Below are positions 10,616 to 20,212 of a stretch of 64,000 bases of DNA, in pieces. The DNA is from Candidatus Woesearchaeota archaeon (GTDB lineage Archaea; Nanobdellota; Nanobdellia; Woesearchaeales; SKGA01). The notes under the pieces were generated by a model. That model did not search any database, was not told where the DNA came from, and worked only from the letters and a program-made list of their open reading frames with translations. Position numbers and translations under genes: made by a program. Numbering within the stretch: position 1 is the stretch's first letter; every line of letters starts with the position of its first letter. The stretch lies in NCBI GenBank assembly GCA_021734105.1, contig JAIPJP010000001.1, positions 36,603 to 100,602 of the forward strand. Reading direction: 5' to 3'.

Positions 10616-13186
10616 ATGGCTCAAGGAAATAAAATGAATGCAAATAAAACAGGTGTTAAGCAAAGAAAATTGATTTCGTTTAGCATGAAATTTTGTATTC
10701 TTGTAGTGATAACTCTATTGTTTTCATCTTTTGCTTTTGCTGATGAAACAAGTCTCTCCATTCAAGGTAAACTCGTCAATGCTTCTTCGGGTGCTGTTCT
10801 TTCAGGTAGTTTCTCAACCAACTTTTCCATATATGATGCGTACTCTGGCGGTAGTCCTTTATGGTCGCAGGTTTCAACAATTACAGCTGACTCGCGTGGT
10901 GTCTACAGTGTTGAGCTCAGGGGGATAACGCTTGACTTTGATGTGCCGTACTACTTAGGAGTCAACGTCGCAGGTGATGGCGAAATGTCTCCTAGATATA
11001 ATTTGACTTCTAGTCCTTATTCTTTTTCTGCGAGTGGCTTAAACGAAACAATTATTCTCAATAATAATGTGAGTTTTGACAGCGGAACCTTGTTTATCGA
11101 CACGACGAATAATAGACTTGGTATTGGAACAATTAATCCTTCTGAGCAATTGACTATGAAAGCTAATGAGAAATTGGCTTGGGAGTATACTTCTGGAAGT
11201 GGAACTGCTTTTCATTGGATTAGTGGTGGCGGTGTTAACCCTATGAATTTCACTGTTAATTCTTTTAGTGCAGATACGTCTATATATTCTTTTAATGGAA
11301 ATTCTGGTAATGTAATGACTATTTTAAATGGCGGAAATGTCGGTATTAACACTACAACTCCAACTGCACTTCTTGACGTAGACGGCAACTTCACTGCTAA
11401 TGAAATCTGCCTTGGCGGTGTTTGTGAATCTGCTTGGCCTGCTGGCAGCGGTTCTTCTGATGCTGGTGGTTGGACAAATACAAGTACTGAAACAGTGACG
11501 AGTTTAAAAGTGGGTGTTGGAACTACCTCAGCAACACAGCATAGTTTACATGTGCAAGATGGTAGCGTGTATATTGATGATGATTCTGCAGGTACTCGTC
11601 AGGGTTTGGGTTTGCAGTATGCTTCGGGAAGTATTTTTTGGATGAATCCTATAAGTACAACTGTTTTAGGTATTGGTGGTGCTGGCACTTCTGCTCCTGC
11701 AACTCATACATTATATTTAACTGCGACTGGCGATGTGGGTATTGGAACTGCTAGTCCTGATGATATTCTTCATATATTTGGGGCTAATAAAAGATTGAAA
11801 TTAGAAGGAGAGGGGGATAGTAATATAGGAACAATCATCTATTCAAATAGCACTTATAAATCGCATATTGGATATAGTTCTGGGTCAGATGGATTAATAT
11901 TTGCTCACGCAGAATCAGGATTAACTAATTTTAATGATATTGATATGATAATTAAAGACGGAAATGTGGGTATTGGGACTAATAGTCCTGAGAGCATCTT
12001 ACATTTAAAAGATTCAGATACTCACATAACTTTGGAAAGTACGGGAGCAGGGGATGCATCTTATGGATTTATTGAAATTAAAGATTCTACTGGAGAGACG
12101 ATGGGTTTTTCAGGTTTTGATAGTGGATCTAATGCAGATTACACTATAAGAACTTATAATGTTTCGGACGGAATTGATTTTCAGACAAATGGATCTAATT
12201 CTCGGATGTATATTAATCAAGAAGGAAATGTCGGCATCGGGACGACGAGTCCTTTAGGATTATTAAATGTTCATTCTACTGGACCAACTACTTTAGGATT
12301 AAGTTCAACAAGAAATCTTGATGGGCAAGGTATAGGAATATTAAGATTTTATGGTCAAAATGATGCAGGAACTCCTGAAGATGTAATTTATTCTCAAATT
12401 AGTACAGGGATTACAGATGCTTCTGATGGAACAGAAGATGGTAATTTAAATTTTTGGACAATGAAAGATGGAACAATTACTAAACAAGTCACAATAAATG
12501 AAGCAGGCAACGTAGGTATTGGAACTGTTAGTCCTGATCAACTTTTAGATATTGAAGGAGGAAATATTCTTATTGATAATAACCAATACTATATGGCGGA
12601 AAATACTATTGGAACTAATGTGGCAATAGCTTTTATTGATTCTTCTAATGTTACGGGTTTAGGAGGAGTTTTTTCTGGAGCTGAAACATCTATTCGTTCA
12701 GCTGGAGGTGAAGCAATTCGTATTGATACTTCTGGGAATGTAGGTATTGGGACTAGTAGTCCTGATGAGAAATTAAGTATTTTTGGAAATAGTGGGGGAA
12801 CTTATCTTGAAATTCATGACCAAAGAAGTACTGTTGGAGATTTGGCAGGAATAAAATTAGGGACCATGCCTTCAGGTCAAACCACTAACATGAAAACAAT
12901 GATTGCACACATAGAAACAGGAAATTATGGGATAGGAGATTTGGTTTTTGCATTAAATCCATCAGTTTCTGATTCTGAAGTTACTATCTCTGATGAAGTA
13001 ATGAGAATAAAAAATAGCGGCGATGTCGGTATTGGGACTACTTCGCCTTCAAAAACTTTAGAAGTCAGTGATGGAACTAAAGGTATTACGTTTGATCCTG
13101 ACCCAACGGATCCAGTGATTAACACTACAAGTGGCGATATTGTTATCACATCAGCTGGTGGTGATGTTATTATTCAATTGGGTTAA
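10616..13186 (+). CDS. Secreted repeat protein of 856 aa. It carries about eight degenerate copies of a fibre-like repeat, G(N/D)VGIGTxSP(D/E)xxL(H/D/S)(I/V), and may be beta-helical or tail-fibre-like.
   Basis: There is an N-terminal hydrophobic signal ('ILVVITLLFSSFAFA'). Repeat copies include 'NVGINTTTPTALLDVDG', 'DVGIGTASPDDILHIFG', 'NVGIGTNSPESILHLKD', 'NVGIGTTSPLGLLNVHS', 'NVGIGTVSPDQLLDIEG', 'NVGIGTSSPDEKLSIFG' and 'DVGIGTTSPSKTLEVSD'. N-x-S/T sequons are frequent. Confidence 0.7.
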   Translation: MAQGNKMNANKTGVKQRKLISFSMKFCILVVITLLFSSFAFADETSLSIQGKLVNASSGAVLSGSFSTNFSIYDAYSGGSPLWSQVSTITADSRGVYSVELRGITLDFDVPYYLGVNVAGDGEMSPRYNLTSSPYSFSASGLNETIILNNNVSFDSGTLFIDTTNNRLGIGTINPSEQLTMKANEKLAWEYTSGSGTAFHWISGGGVNPMNFTVNSFSADTSIYSFNGNSGNVMTILNGGNVGINTTTPTALLDVDGNFTANEICLGGVCESAWPAGSGSSDAGGWTNTSTETVTSLKVGVGTTSATQHSLHVQDGSVYIDDDSAGTRQGLGLQYASGSIFWMNPISTTVLGIGGAGTSAPATHTLYLTATGDVGIGTASPDDILHIFGANKRLKLEGEGDSNIGTIIYSNSTYKSHIGYSSGSDGLIFAHAESGLTNFNDIDMIIKDGNVGIGTNSPESILHLKDSDTHITLESTGAGDASYGFIEIKDSTGETMGFSGFDSGSNADYTIRTYNVSDGIDFQTNGSNSRMYINQEGNVGIGTTSPLGLLNVHSTGPTTLGLSSTRNLDGQGIGILRFYGQNDAGTPEDVIYSQISTGITDASDGTEDGNLNFWTMKDGTITKQVTINEAGNVGIGTVSPDQLLDIEGGNILIDNNQYYMAENTIGTNVAIAFIDSSNVTGLGGVFSGAETSIRSAGGEAIRIDTSGNVGIGTSSPDEKLSIFGNSGGTYLEIHDQRSTVGDLAGIKLGTMPSGQTTNMKTMIAHIETGNYGIGDLVFALNPSVSDSEVTISDEVMRIKNSGDVGIGTTSPSKTLEVSDGTKGITFDPDPTDPVINTTSGDIVITSAGGDVIIQLG

Positions 13187-13208
13187 AAAAACTAACGAGA
13201 AAATCATT

Positions 13209-15458
13209 ATGATTAAAACAACCACGCAACTAAAATTGTTTTGGGCACTTCTTGTCCTTATCTTGCTAGTTGTGCCGCTTGCTATTGCGCTTGATCAATC
13301 AAGTAGTGGTTATATCTCTGAAACTATTGTGGTGACTGGCGGAACAACTGCAAATTCATCAACGTATCAATCCACGCTTTCTGTTGATACTATTTCAGGA
13401 ACATCGTCTTCAAGCACGTACGATATGCAAATTGGCGCGCAATATATTTTATCAGAGTATCCTCCAGAGATAAGTTCAGTATCTCTTTCAGCCACATCTG
13501 CTGATAACTTCACATCTGATAATCTTTCAGTTTCTTACTCGACGAGTGATAATGATAGTAACATTGTTTATGCTATTACTGATTGGCGTGAAAGCAGTGC
13601 AAGTATTGCAGTCCTCAACATGCCGTTTAACACAAGAGTTACAGACCTCGGCTACGAAGTTAAAGATTTCACGAGTTATAATAATCCTGGAGTGTTTGCA
13701 AGCGCTGCAACGCAGCCTTCATGGACGTCAAGTGGTAAAGTCGGTGGCGCGTACACGTTTGATGGTGGTGATTATTTTTCTGTTGCTGATGATGATAATT
13801 CGTTGGATGTAACAACTGATTTCACGATTACGTTTTGGATGAATGCTAATGACTTAATAACTTTAAATCCGAATATTATTTCAAGAAATGGTGGTGGAGG
13901 GTATGAACCTTGGCGAGTAGAATTTACTAACGCGCCTAATGTTCGTTTAATTATTGCAAACACAACAACAAATCGTGATTTCTTATTAAATTATGCACAT
14001 GGTTTAAACACTGGTTCTTGGCATCATGTCGCATTAACGTTTGATGATGGTACTGCAGAATTATTTATCAATGGATCTTCAGTTGCAACAGACACGTCTG
14101 CAATAACTGCAGTTCGTGTATCTGGCAGTCCTTTATATGTTGGTGCAAGAACAACGTCAAGTAATTTCTTCAATGGCAGTATTGACGAAGTTCTCATTTT
14201 CAACCGCGTGCTTTCTGAAGATCAGATTGCTCAACTCTATGCGGATAGTAATGCAGGAAAATCTATGGAAACATTATTTTCCAATGAAACGAATTATGCT
14301 GATGTTTGGTCTGTTGCGATAACTCCTGTTGATGAATTTGACGTTGGAGAAACTGTTGTTTCAAACACAGTATCTATTGACGGCGGCACGTTAACTCTTG
14401 TGCATAACAATACCTTTGCAAATAACACGAACGCTCATTCTTTTAATGTCACAGCAGGAGTCTTAAGTTCGTCTGGTCCAAGCGCGATCAAGAACATATC
14501 TATAACTAATGATAATGGAACGTGTGTCAATGTTGTCAACACAACGTCAGGAAATTATTTCAACACAACATTCACGTGTACGGGAACACCTTTCATCGGC
14601 AGTTTAGTAAATATTACTTTCTGTAGTTATTCTGATGATTGTGTAGAAACGCCTGCAACAAGTAACGCATATCCTAATCAAATACCTAGTATGGGTAGTC
14701 TTCTTGCTCCTAGTGATGGTAATTCTTCGTTAATTAATCGTAATGTTACGTTTAATTGGAGTGCTGCATCTGATGATGATAATGATGTTTTAACATATCA
14801 TATTAATGTGACGAATATGAATGGTACGGACGTATCGGTTCTTTGCCCGGGTTTTACAAACACTATCCCCGCGCCAAACACCTCGTATAACCATCACACG
14901 CTTCTAAGCACATATCTTGAGTGCAATCCAATTACTAATGAAGGCTATCGTTATTTCTGGCAAGTTAAGGTGTGTGATTCGTGGAATTGTTCTGATTACA
15001 CAACGGCATGGAATTTTTCAATTACTGATTATTTAAATTTCGCTTTAACAACTGATGCAATTAATTTTACAACCGTAGGTCAATTGTATCCTAATGATGT
15101 AGAGAATACTACTGATGATGTTCCTCCCCCGTTTGTTGCGGAGAACACAGGGAATATTTATTTAAACGTTACTAATGTAACTGCAACAGCCTTATGGAAT
15201 GCTGTCGGTCTTGATACGTTTTATTATCAATACAAAGCAGCTAATACTTCAGAAGCAAATTCTTTTTCATGGTCTACTTCGCAAACAAGTTGGAACAATT
15301 TTACGGGTGTGACAAATACTGATGTGCTCATTGGCAATTTGAGTTTCCTTGATGATAGCGATACTGCTGAAATTGATGTACAAGTTACTGTTCCTGCAAT
15401 AGAAGATGCAGGTCAAAAATCAAGCACGATTAATTTTTACATAACTATGGCTGGTTAA
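13209..15458 (+). CDS. Secreted protein with a LamG/concanavalin-A-like domain. It carries a very large number of N-glycosylation sequons.
   Basis: I chose the ATG at 13209 ('MIKTTTQLKLFWALLVLILLVVPLAIALD', a signal peptide) rather than the upstream extension that overlaps the previous gene. The LamG signature reads 'TITFWMNANDL...WHHVALTFDDGTAELFINGS...LYVGAR...FNGSIDEVLIFNRVLSEDQIAQLY'. There are more than 30 N-x-S/T sequons. Confidence 0.7.
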   Translation: MIKTTTQLKLFWALLVLILLVVPLAIALDQSSSGYISETIVVTGGTTANSSTYQSTLSVDTISGTSSSSTYDMQIGAQYILSEYPPEISSVSLSATSADNFTSDNLSVSYSTSDNDSNIVYAITDWRESSASIAVLNMPFNTRVTDLGYEVKDFTSYNNPGVFASAATQPSWTSSGKVGGAYTFDGGDYFSVADDDNSLDVTTDFTITFWMNANDLITLNPNIISRNGGGGYEPWRVEFTNAPNVRLIIANTTTNRDFLLNYAHGLNTGSWHHVALTFDDGTAELFINGSSVATDTSAITAVRVSGSPLYVGARTTSSNFFNGSIDEVLIFNRVLSEDQIAQLYADSNAGKSMETLFSNETNYADVWSVAITPVDEFDVGETVVSNTVSIDGGTLTLVHNNTFANNTNAHSFNVTAGVLSSSGPSAIKNISITNDNGTCVNVVNTTSGNYFNTTFTCTGTPFIGSLVNITFCSYSDDCVETPATSNAYPNQIPSMGSLLAPSDGNSSLINRNVTFNWSAASDDDNDVLTYHINVTNMNGTDVSVLCPGFTNTIPAPNTSYNHHTLLSTYLECNPITNEGYRYFWQVKVCDSWNCSDYTTAWNFSITDYLNFALTTDAINFTTVGQLYPNDVENTTDDVPPPFVAENTGNIYLNVTNVTATALWNAVGLDTFYYQYKAANTSEANSFSWSTSQTSWNNFTGVTNTDVLIGNLSFLDDSDTAEIDVQVTVPAIEDAGQKSSTINFYITMAG

Positions 15459-15470
15459 AAGGTTTTTATA

Positions 15471-16727
15471 ATGTATAAAAAGAATAGGAAAGAAAAGAAC
15501 CGAGACAATAACAAAGTATTGTTTTTCTTAGTGTTAGCTTTTCTTTTTTTCTTAGTGTTCTCTTCACAAGTAAGTGCGTGGGGAGTGTATCCTGCTCGTC
15601 AACATGCAGAAAATACTCGTGAGCTTCAAGAGTTTCATGTCACGTTGGTAAATAGCGAGTTTAAAGATGCGTATTTTAAAGTAAACTTTGGTGGCGCTTT
15701 AAGCAATTATGCAGTATATAATGGCGGTCTTCTTCATTTCACTCAAGAGAAGAATCAAATTAACATTCCTTTTAGTTTGCAGCTTAGAGATAATTTGCAG
15801 CCTGGAAAAAACACGTTAAGCGTTGTTTTACAAGAAGTGAGCGATGAATACAAAGAGGGTGTTTCCTCAACAGTAACGCTAGTTGCAGAGGTCGTGGTGA
15901 ATATTCCTTTTGAAGGTAATGTTGTTTCTGCGCAACTTCTTGTGACGCCGCAGGGCATAAACGAGCCAACTGATTTACATATTGGTATTTTAAACAAAGG
16001 TGATGATGCTGTTTCTGTTTGGGCTGATGTAGTGATTAAAGGACCAACAAATAATGTTATTACTAAGTGGACAACAGATAAAGAAGTCATTTCTTATGCT
16101 GCAACTGGTGGTATTACAACTTCTTGGGTTGGTAACAAAAATCCTGGAATGTATCTTGCCGAGGTAACCTTGCATTATGGTGATAAAGTGATGGTTTTGC
16201 GTAAAGACTTTGCTGTTGGTGATAATAGTTTAGTTGCAGAAAGTATTAGTGCTACTGATTTTCGTCTTGGTGAAATCGTGCCTTTTGAAGTGATGGTGTA
16301 TAATAATTGGAACGCTCTTCGAGAAGGTGTTTTTGCAGAGCTTTTTGTTATTAAGCCTGATGGAAAAATTGTGCAGACGTTTAAAACAAGTCCAACGGAT
16401 ATTAACGCGTTGGCGCGTGGGGCGCTTACTGGTTATTGGGATACGAAGAATCTTGTTGTTGGTAATTATGATTTATCTGTGTTGTTAAATTATGATGATA
16501 AAACTAGTCAAGAAACATTTTCTGTTCTTGTTAGTTTAGATGATGTGAAGATTTCTAATAAGGTTTCTGGTGATGTTATTGGTGGTAGGGGTTCGGCTGT
16601 TGGTGATGCTAATGGTGGTTTGTATTCGTTATTAGTCTTGCTTATTGTTGTTCTTATTGTGGTGAATGTTGTTTGGATTTGGATTGCAAGAAAAAATATT
16701 CGTGGGGGCGGTAGCAAGAAAAAATAA
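15471..16727 (+). CDS. Surface protein of 418 aa with a signal peptide and a C-terminal TM anchor plus a basic tail.
   Basis: The N-terminus 'VLFFLVLAFLFFLVFSSQVSA' is a signal peptide. The C-terminus 'LYSLLVLLIVVLIVVNVVWIWIARKNIRGGGSKKK' is a TM helix with a basic tail. The gene lies 12 nt after the previous one, so an operon is likely. Confidence 0.65.
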   Translation: MYKKNRKEKNRDNNKVLFFLVLAFLFFLVFSSQVSAWGVYPARQHAENTRELQEFHVTLVNSEFKDAYFKVNFGGALSNYAVYNGGLLHFTQEKNQINIPFSLQLRDNLQPGKNTLSVVLQEVSDEYKEGVSSTVTLVAEVVVNIPFEGNVVSAQLLVTPQGINEPTDLHIGILNKGDDAVSVWADVVIKGPTNNVITKWTTDKEVISYAATGGITTSWVGNKNPGMYLAEVTLHYGDKVMVLRKDFAVGDNSLVAESISATDFRLGEIVPFEVMVYNNWNALREGVFAELFVIKPDGKIVQTFKTSPTDINALARGALTGYWDTKNLVVGNYDLSVLLNYDDKTSQETFSVLVSLDDVKISNKVSGDVIGGRGSAVGDANGGLYSLLVLLIVVLIVVNVVWIWIARKNIRGGGSKKK

Positions 16728-16926
16728 TATTCCTGTTCATGGGCGCTGCTACTGTTCTGTTGTTAACCCTTAAGACAGTAAATTTCTTGACAATGGCGGC
16801 GCCTATATTTTTTTTAAGGAGGGCCACAAAGGTGTTCTTTTGTGGTTTTCTCTTTGAAAAAAGCCTATACCTTATGCTAAAAGCAAGTATTGTTTTTCGT
16901 ATGCCATTTAGGGGCGAAAAGATAAA

Positions 16927-16990
16927 AAGTAAAAGTAGAAGTAAAAAGTAAACGTAAAGTAAATGCTGAACAAGTAAACAGTAAACATAA
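16927..16990. repeat. Degenerate (A)GTAAA(N) micro-repeat of about 10 units in an intergenic region.
   Basis: The sequence is 'agtaaaagtagaagtaaaaagtaaacgtaaagtaaatgctgaacaagtaaacagtaaacat', read directly. Confidence 0.5.
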
Positions 16991-17272
16991 AAAAATAAGA
17001 CGAAGCTTACCTGTGAAGCATGTTGATTGTGGCGATTATGTCATAGTTCTTTTTTTGAGGATAAGTTTTATAAATGTTAAATATAGAAAATTGTACATAA
17101 GAGGTTAAATGGCTTACCATATTCCTTCGCTGCGAAGATATGTTGTGTGCTCTACAGAACAATAGTGGATCCATTCGCGATAATTTTTTGCTTTGCAGAA
17201 CATGCTCTTGATAATGGGTTATTTCAAGGCAACGTTGGTGTTTGTTAAGTGGTTATTATAAGAGGTTGAGAT

Positions 17273-18982
17273 GTGAATTCAATATTTTTTGATGTGGGAA
17301 TTATTATTATTCTTGCAACCGTTGGCGGTTTTCTAGCTAAAGCGCTCAAACAACCGCTTATTTCTTCGTATATTATTATGGGTGTTATTCTTGGTCCCGT
17401 ACTTCATTTTGTAGCTGACATGACTTTAGTGGAGGTGCTTTCTGATATTGGTATTGCGTTTTTATTATTTATTGTAGGTGTTGAGCTTGATGTAAAGCGA
17501 CTCAAAGATATTGGGGCTATTGCTACTGGCGGTGCACTTTTGCAAATGGTGTTATCGTTTCTTTTGGGTTTTGGTGTTTTTAGATTGCTTCATTTTTCGC
17601 AAATGCAAGCAGTTTTTGCAGGGATTATTTTGATGTTCTCTTCAACGATGGTGGTTATTAAATTATTAGTTGATAAATCGCAATTAGAAACGCTTCATGG
17701 AAGAATTGTTGTAGGAACGTTATTAATGCAAGATGTTATTGCAGTCATGCTCTTAAGTGTTCTGTCTCGCTCCGGAGACTTTTCTATTGGTGGTTTAGTG
17801 TTCTCGCTTTTTTTGGGCGCTCTTGTTTTTGGCATTGCGTGGTTTTTTTCTAAAGTTTTATTTCCGCAGTTATTTCGTTTCGCAGCGCGCTCTCAAGAAT
17901 TATTTTTTTTACTAAGTATTTCTGTTTGTTTCCTTTTTGCACTTGCGTTTGAATATGTTGGTCTTTCTATTGCTATTGGTGGTTTTGTAGCTGGTTTAAT
18001 GCTAGGTAACTTACCGTATAACCTTGAAATTATTAGCAAGGTAAAAAACTTGCGTGATTTTTTTGCAACAATATTTTTTGTCTCCATGGGTATTCGTCTT
18101 TCGTTTGATACCTTGTCACAATATACTCTGCCTTTCATTGTTTTACTCGGTCTAACTATTTTTGTGCTTCCTTTCCTTACATTTCTGGTAACGCTTTTTT
18201 TTGGTTATAATCGTCGCGTTGCTTTTTTAACTGCCGTTTCGCTTTCTCAAGTTTCAGAATTTGCACTCATTGCAGTTCATGTGGGTATTGGTGCAGGTCA
18301 TATTGAAGATGGTTTCTTTTCATTAACGATAATGGTAGCGCTCGCGTCTATTATGGCAACTTCTTACTTGGTAAAATATGAAGATAAAATATACAAATTA
18401 TTATTGCCCTTTCTTAAACGGTTGGATAGGGCAGTTCATGTTAATAAGAAACTTATGCATCACGCCCCGCATAAACAACACGATGTGGTGTTAATTGGGT
18501 ATGATAGAACAGGCTATACTATTCTTAAATCCTTGCGCAAGCTTAAGCGGGATGTTATTGTGGTTGATTTTAATCCTGACATTGTCGGGTCTTTAATTGA
18601 GCGTAAAATTCCTTGCTTATATGGCGATATTGGTGATGATGAAGTTTTAGAAGAATTACATTTAGAAGGGGTTGGATTGATTATTTCAACGGTTCCCTCA
18701 CACCAAGATACTATGCTGCTTATTAAGAGAGTTCGTGAAGTAAATAAATCTGCAAAAATTATTGTGACTGCTTATGTGGTTGATGAAGCGTTATCGCTGT
18801 ATGAGGTGGGAGCTGATTATGTTATTGTTCCTCATTTACTGGGTGGAAAGCATGCAGGTGTTTTGCTTGAAGATGTTCATAACGATATTGATTCGCTTAT
18901 CAAGACAAAACTTACTCATATTGGCGAGCTTAAAGCGCATACTGCTCGTCATAGAAAACAATTATCTAAGAAAACTCGTTAA
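17273..18982 (+). CDS. Kef-type monovalent cation:proton antiporter (CPA2 family) with a C-terminal TrkA-N/RCK Rossmann domain.
   Basis: About 12 TM helices are followed by 'VVLIGYDRTGYTILKSL...VIVVDFNPD', a GxGxxG NAD-binding fold. The start is a GTG preceded by 'gaggttgag'. 'ttattataa' lies upstream. Confidence 0.8.
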   Translation: MNSIFFDVGIIIILATVGGFLAKALKQPLISSYIIMGVILGPVLHFVADMTLVEVLSDIGIAFLLFIVGVELDVKRLKDIGAIATGGALLQMVLSFLLGFGVFRLLHFSQMQAVFAGIILMFSSTMVVIKLLVDKSQLETLHGRIVVGTLLMQDVIAVMLLSVLSRSGDFSIGGLVFSLFLGALVFGIAWFFSKVLFPQLFRFAARSQELFFLLSISVCFLFALAFEYVGLSIAIGGFVAGLMLGNLPYNLEIISKVKNLRDFFATIFFVSMGIRLSFDTLSQYTLPFIVLLGLTIFVLPFLTFLVTLFFGYNRRVAFLTAVSLSQVSEFALIAVHVGIGAGHIEDGFFSLTIMVALASIMATSYLVKYEDKIYKLLLPFLKRLDRAVHVNKKLMHHAPHKQHDVVLIGYDRTGYTILKSLRKLKRDVIVVDFNPDIVGSLIERKIPCLYGDIGDDEVLEELHLEGVGLIISTVPSHQDTMLLIKRVREVNKSAKIIVTAYVVDEALSLYEVGADYVIVPHLLGGKHAGVLLEDVHNDIDSLIKTKLTHIGELKAHTARHRKQLSKKTR

Positions 18983-19550
18983 TCCATGCATTCTTTAGTC
19001 GATTGATTTGTTCATGTGTTTTTGCTAGTTTCTCATTTGCTAGGCTTGTAAGAAATTGAATGTATTTTTCCGTTACTAGTAATTTTCCTTCTTGGGCGAG
19101 TGGCGCATCAATTCTTTGTGTGCTTAGTATTTCAACAATGAATCGTTTGCTTGCGCCAAGAATAGTTGTTTTCTTAAATCCGTTTGCTTGAGCAAACTGC
19201 ATGAGTTTATTTGCTGTTGGTAAGTTCTTTGCACATACATGAAAAATAAATCCTTCTTGTCGAAGCCATAGGGTGCTTGCGGGTAATTCTTGTTGAAGTT
19301 GTTGGAGAATTTCTTTTACATCTGCTTGCTCATGCGTGACAAAAAGCCATTCTGCATCTGCTTTATTAAGACTATTATGATCGGTAAAAAGACTAATTCT
19401 TCCAGAGCAAGAGCTTGTGGTATAATAATCGGGATGCTCATTAACAAGGTTAATAAGTTCTTCGAGTCGTTTATCTACAGTGCCTTTTTTAGATTGATCT
19501 GGTTTGTACAACTTCTCAAGTGTTTGTTTTTTTTGTTGCTTAAAATCCAT
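18966..19550 (-). CDS. taw3: Taw3/TYW3-like tRNA wybutosine-pathway methyltransferase homologue.
   Basis: The motif '...EHPDYYTTSSCSGRISLF...' matches my recollection of the conserved S-S-C-S-G-R motif of the TYW3 family. At about 194 aa the size also fits. The 3' end overlaps the convergent Kef gene by 17 nt. Confidence 0.5.
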   Translation of the reverse strand: MDFKQQKKQTLEKLYKPDQSKKGTVDKRLEELINLVNEHPDYYTTSSCSGRISLFTDHNSLNKADAEWLFVTHEQADVKEILQQLQQELPASTLWLRQEGFIFHVCAKNLPTANKLMQFAQANGFKKTTILGASKRFIVEILSTQRIDAPLAQEGKLLVTEKYIQFLTSLANEKLAKTHEQINRLKNAWINEFS

Positions 19551-19739
19551 GTAAAAAAGACATGCTCGCCACTATTTAAACTATGTAGAAAATCACTTGT
19601 TGTGCAATCAACAACACTACAACTGCCTTAAAGAGCATCTATGTTTGCTGTATTTCTTGTGTTGGCGCAAGAAATCCCTGCAGCGAACGATAAAAATTTC
19701 GAGCCAACAGCGAGAATAATTCTTCGCAGTAGTGTTGTT

Positions 19740-19860
19740 TTGCTTGTGGCTGTCACGGTACTTTGTTTGTTGCTGTCGCAGTACTTTGTTTGTGGCGGTG
19801 CTGTTGTGTTTGTGGTATGCGTTATTTTTGTGGCGGTGCTGTGTTTGTAGCGAGGTGTTG
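19740..19860. repeat. GT-rich degenerate tandem repeats of about 25-40 nt per unit.
   Basis: 'gtactttgtttgt' occurs twice and 'ttgtggcggtgctgt' occurs twice, within 'tgtggctgtcacggtactttgtttgttgctgtcgcagtactttgtttgtggcggtgctgttgtgtttgtggtatgcgttatttttgtggcggtgctgtgtttgtagcg'. Confidence 0.6.
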
Positions 19861-19921
19861 TAGCAAAGTTTTCATTTTGCGGTGTTTGATAATTAATAAT
19901 TGATAATTAAGAAAAAAGAAT

Positions 19922-20207
<286 letters not shown>

Positions 20208-20212
20208 ATTAT

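Noticed and set aside
16739-16810. A GC-rich stretch, 'gggcgctgctactg...atggcggcgcc', that I considered as a possible tRNA.
   Set aside because: It has no 7-bp acceptor pairing and no T-loop (GTTCRANYC) or D-loop signature. The 70-aa ORF that overlaps it also looks spurious.
19641-19850. A 69-aa hydrophobic ORF on the plus strand.
   Set aside because: It lies entirely within the GT-rich degenerate repeats. The hydrophobic translation is a by-product of the GT-rich codons.
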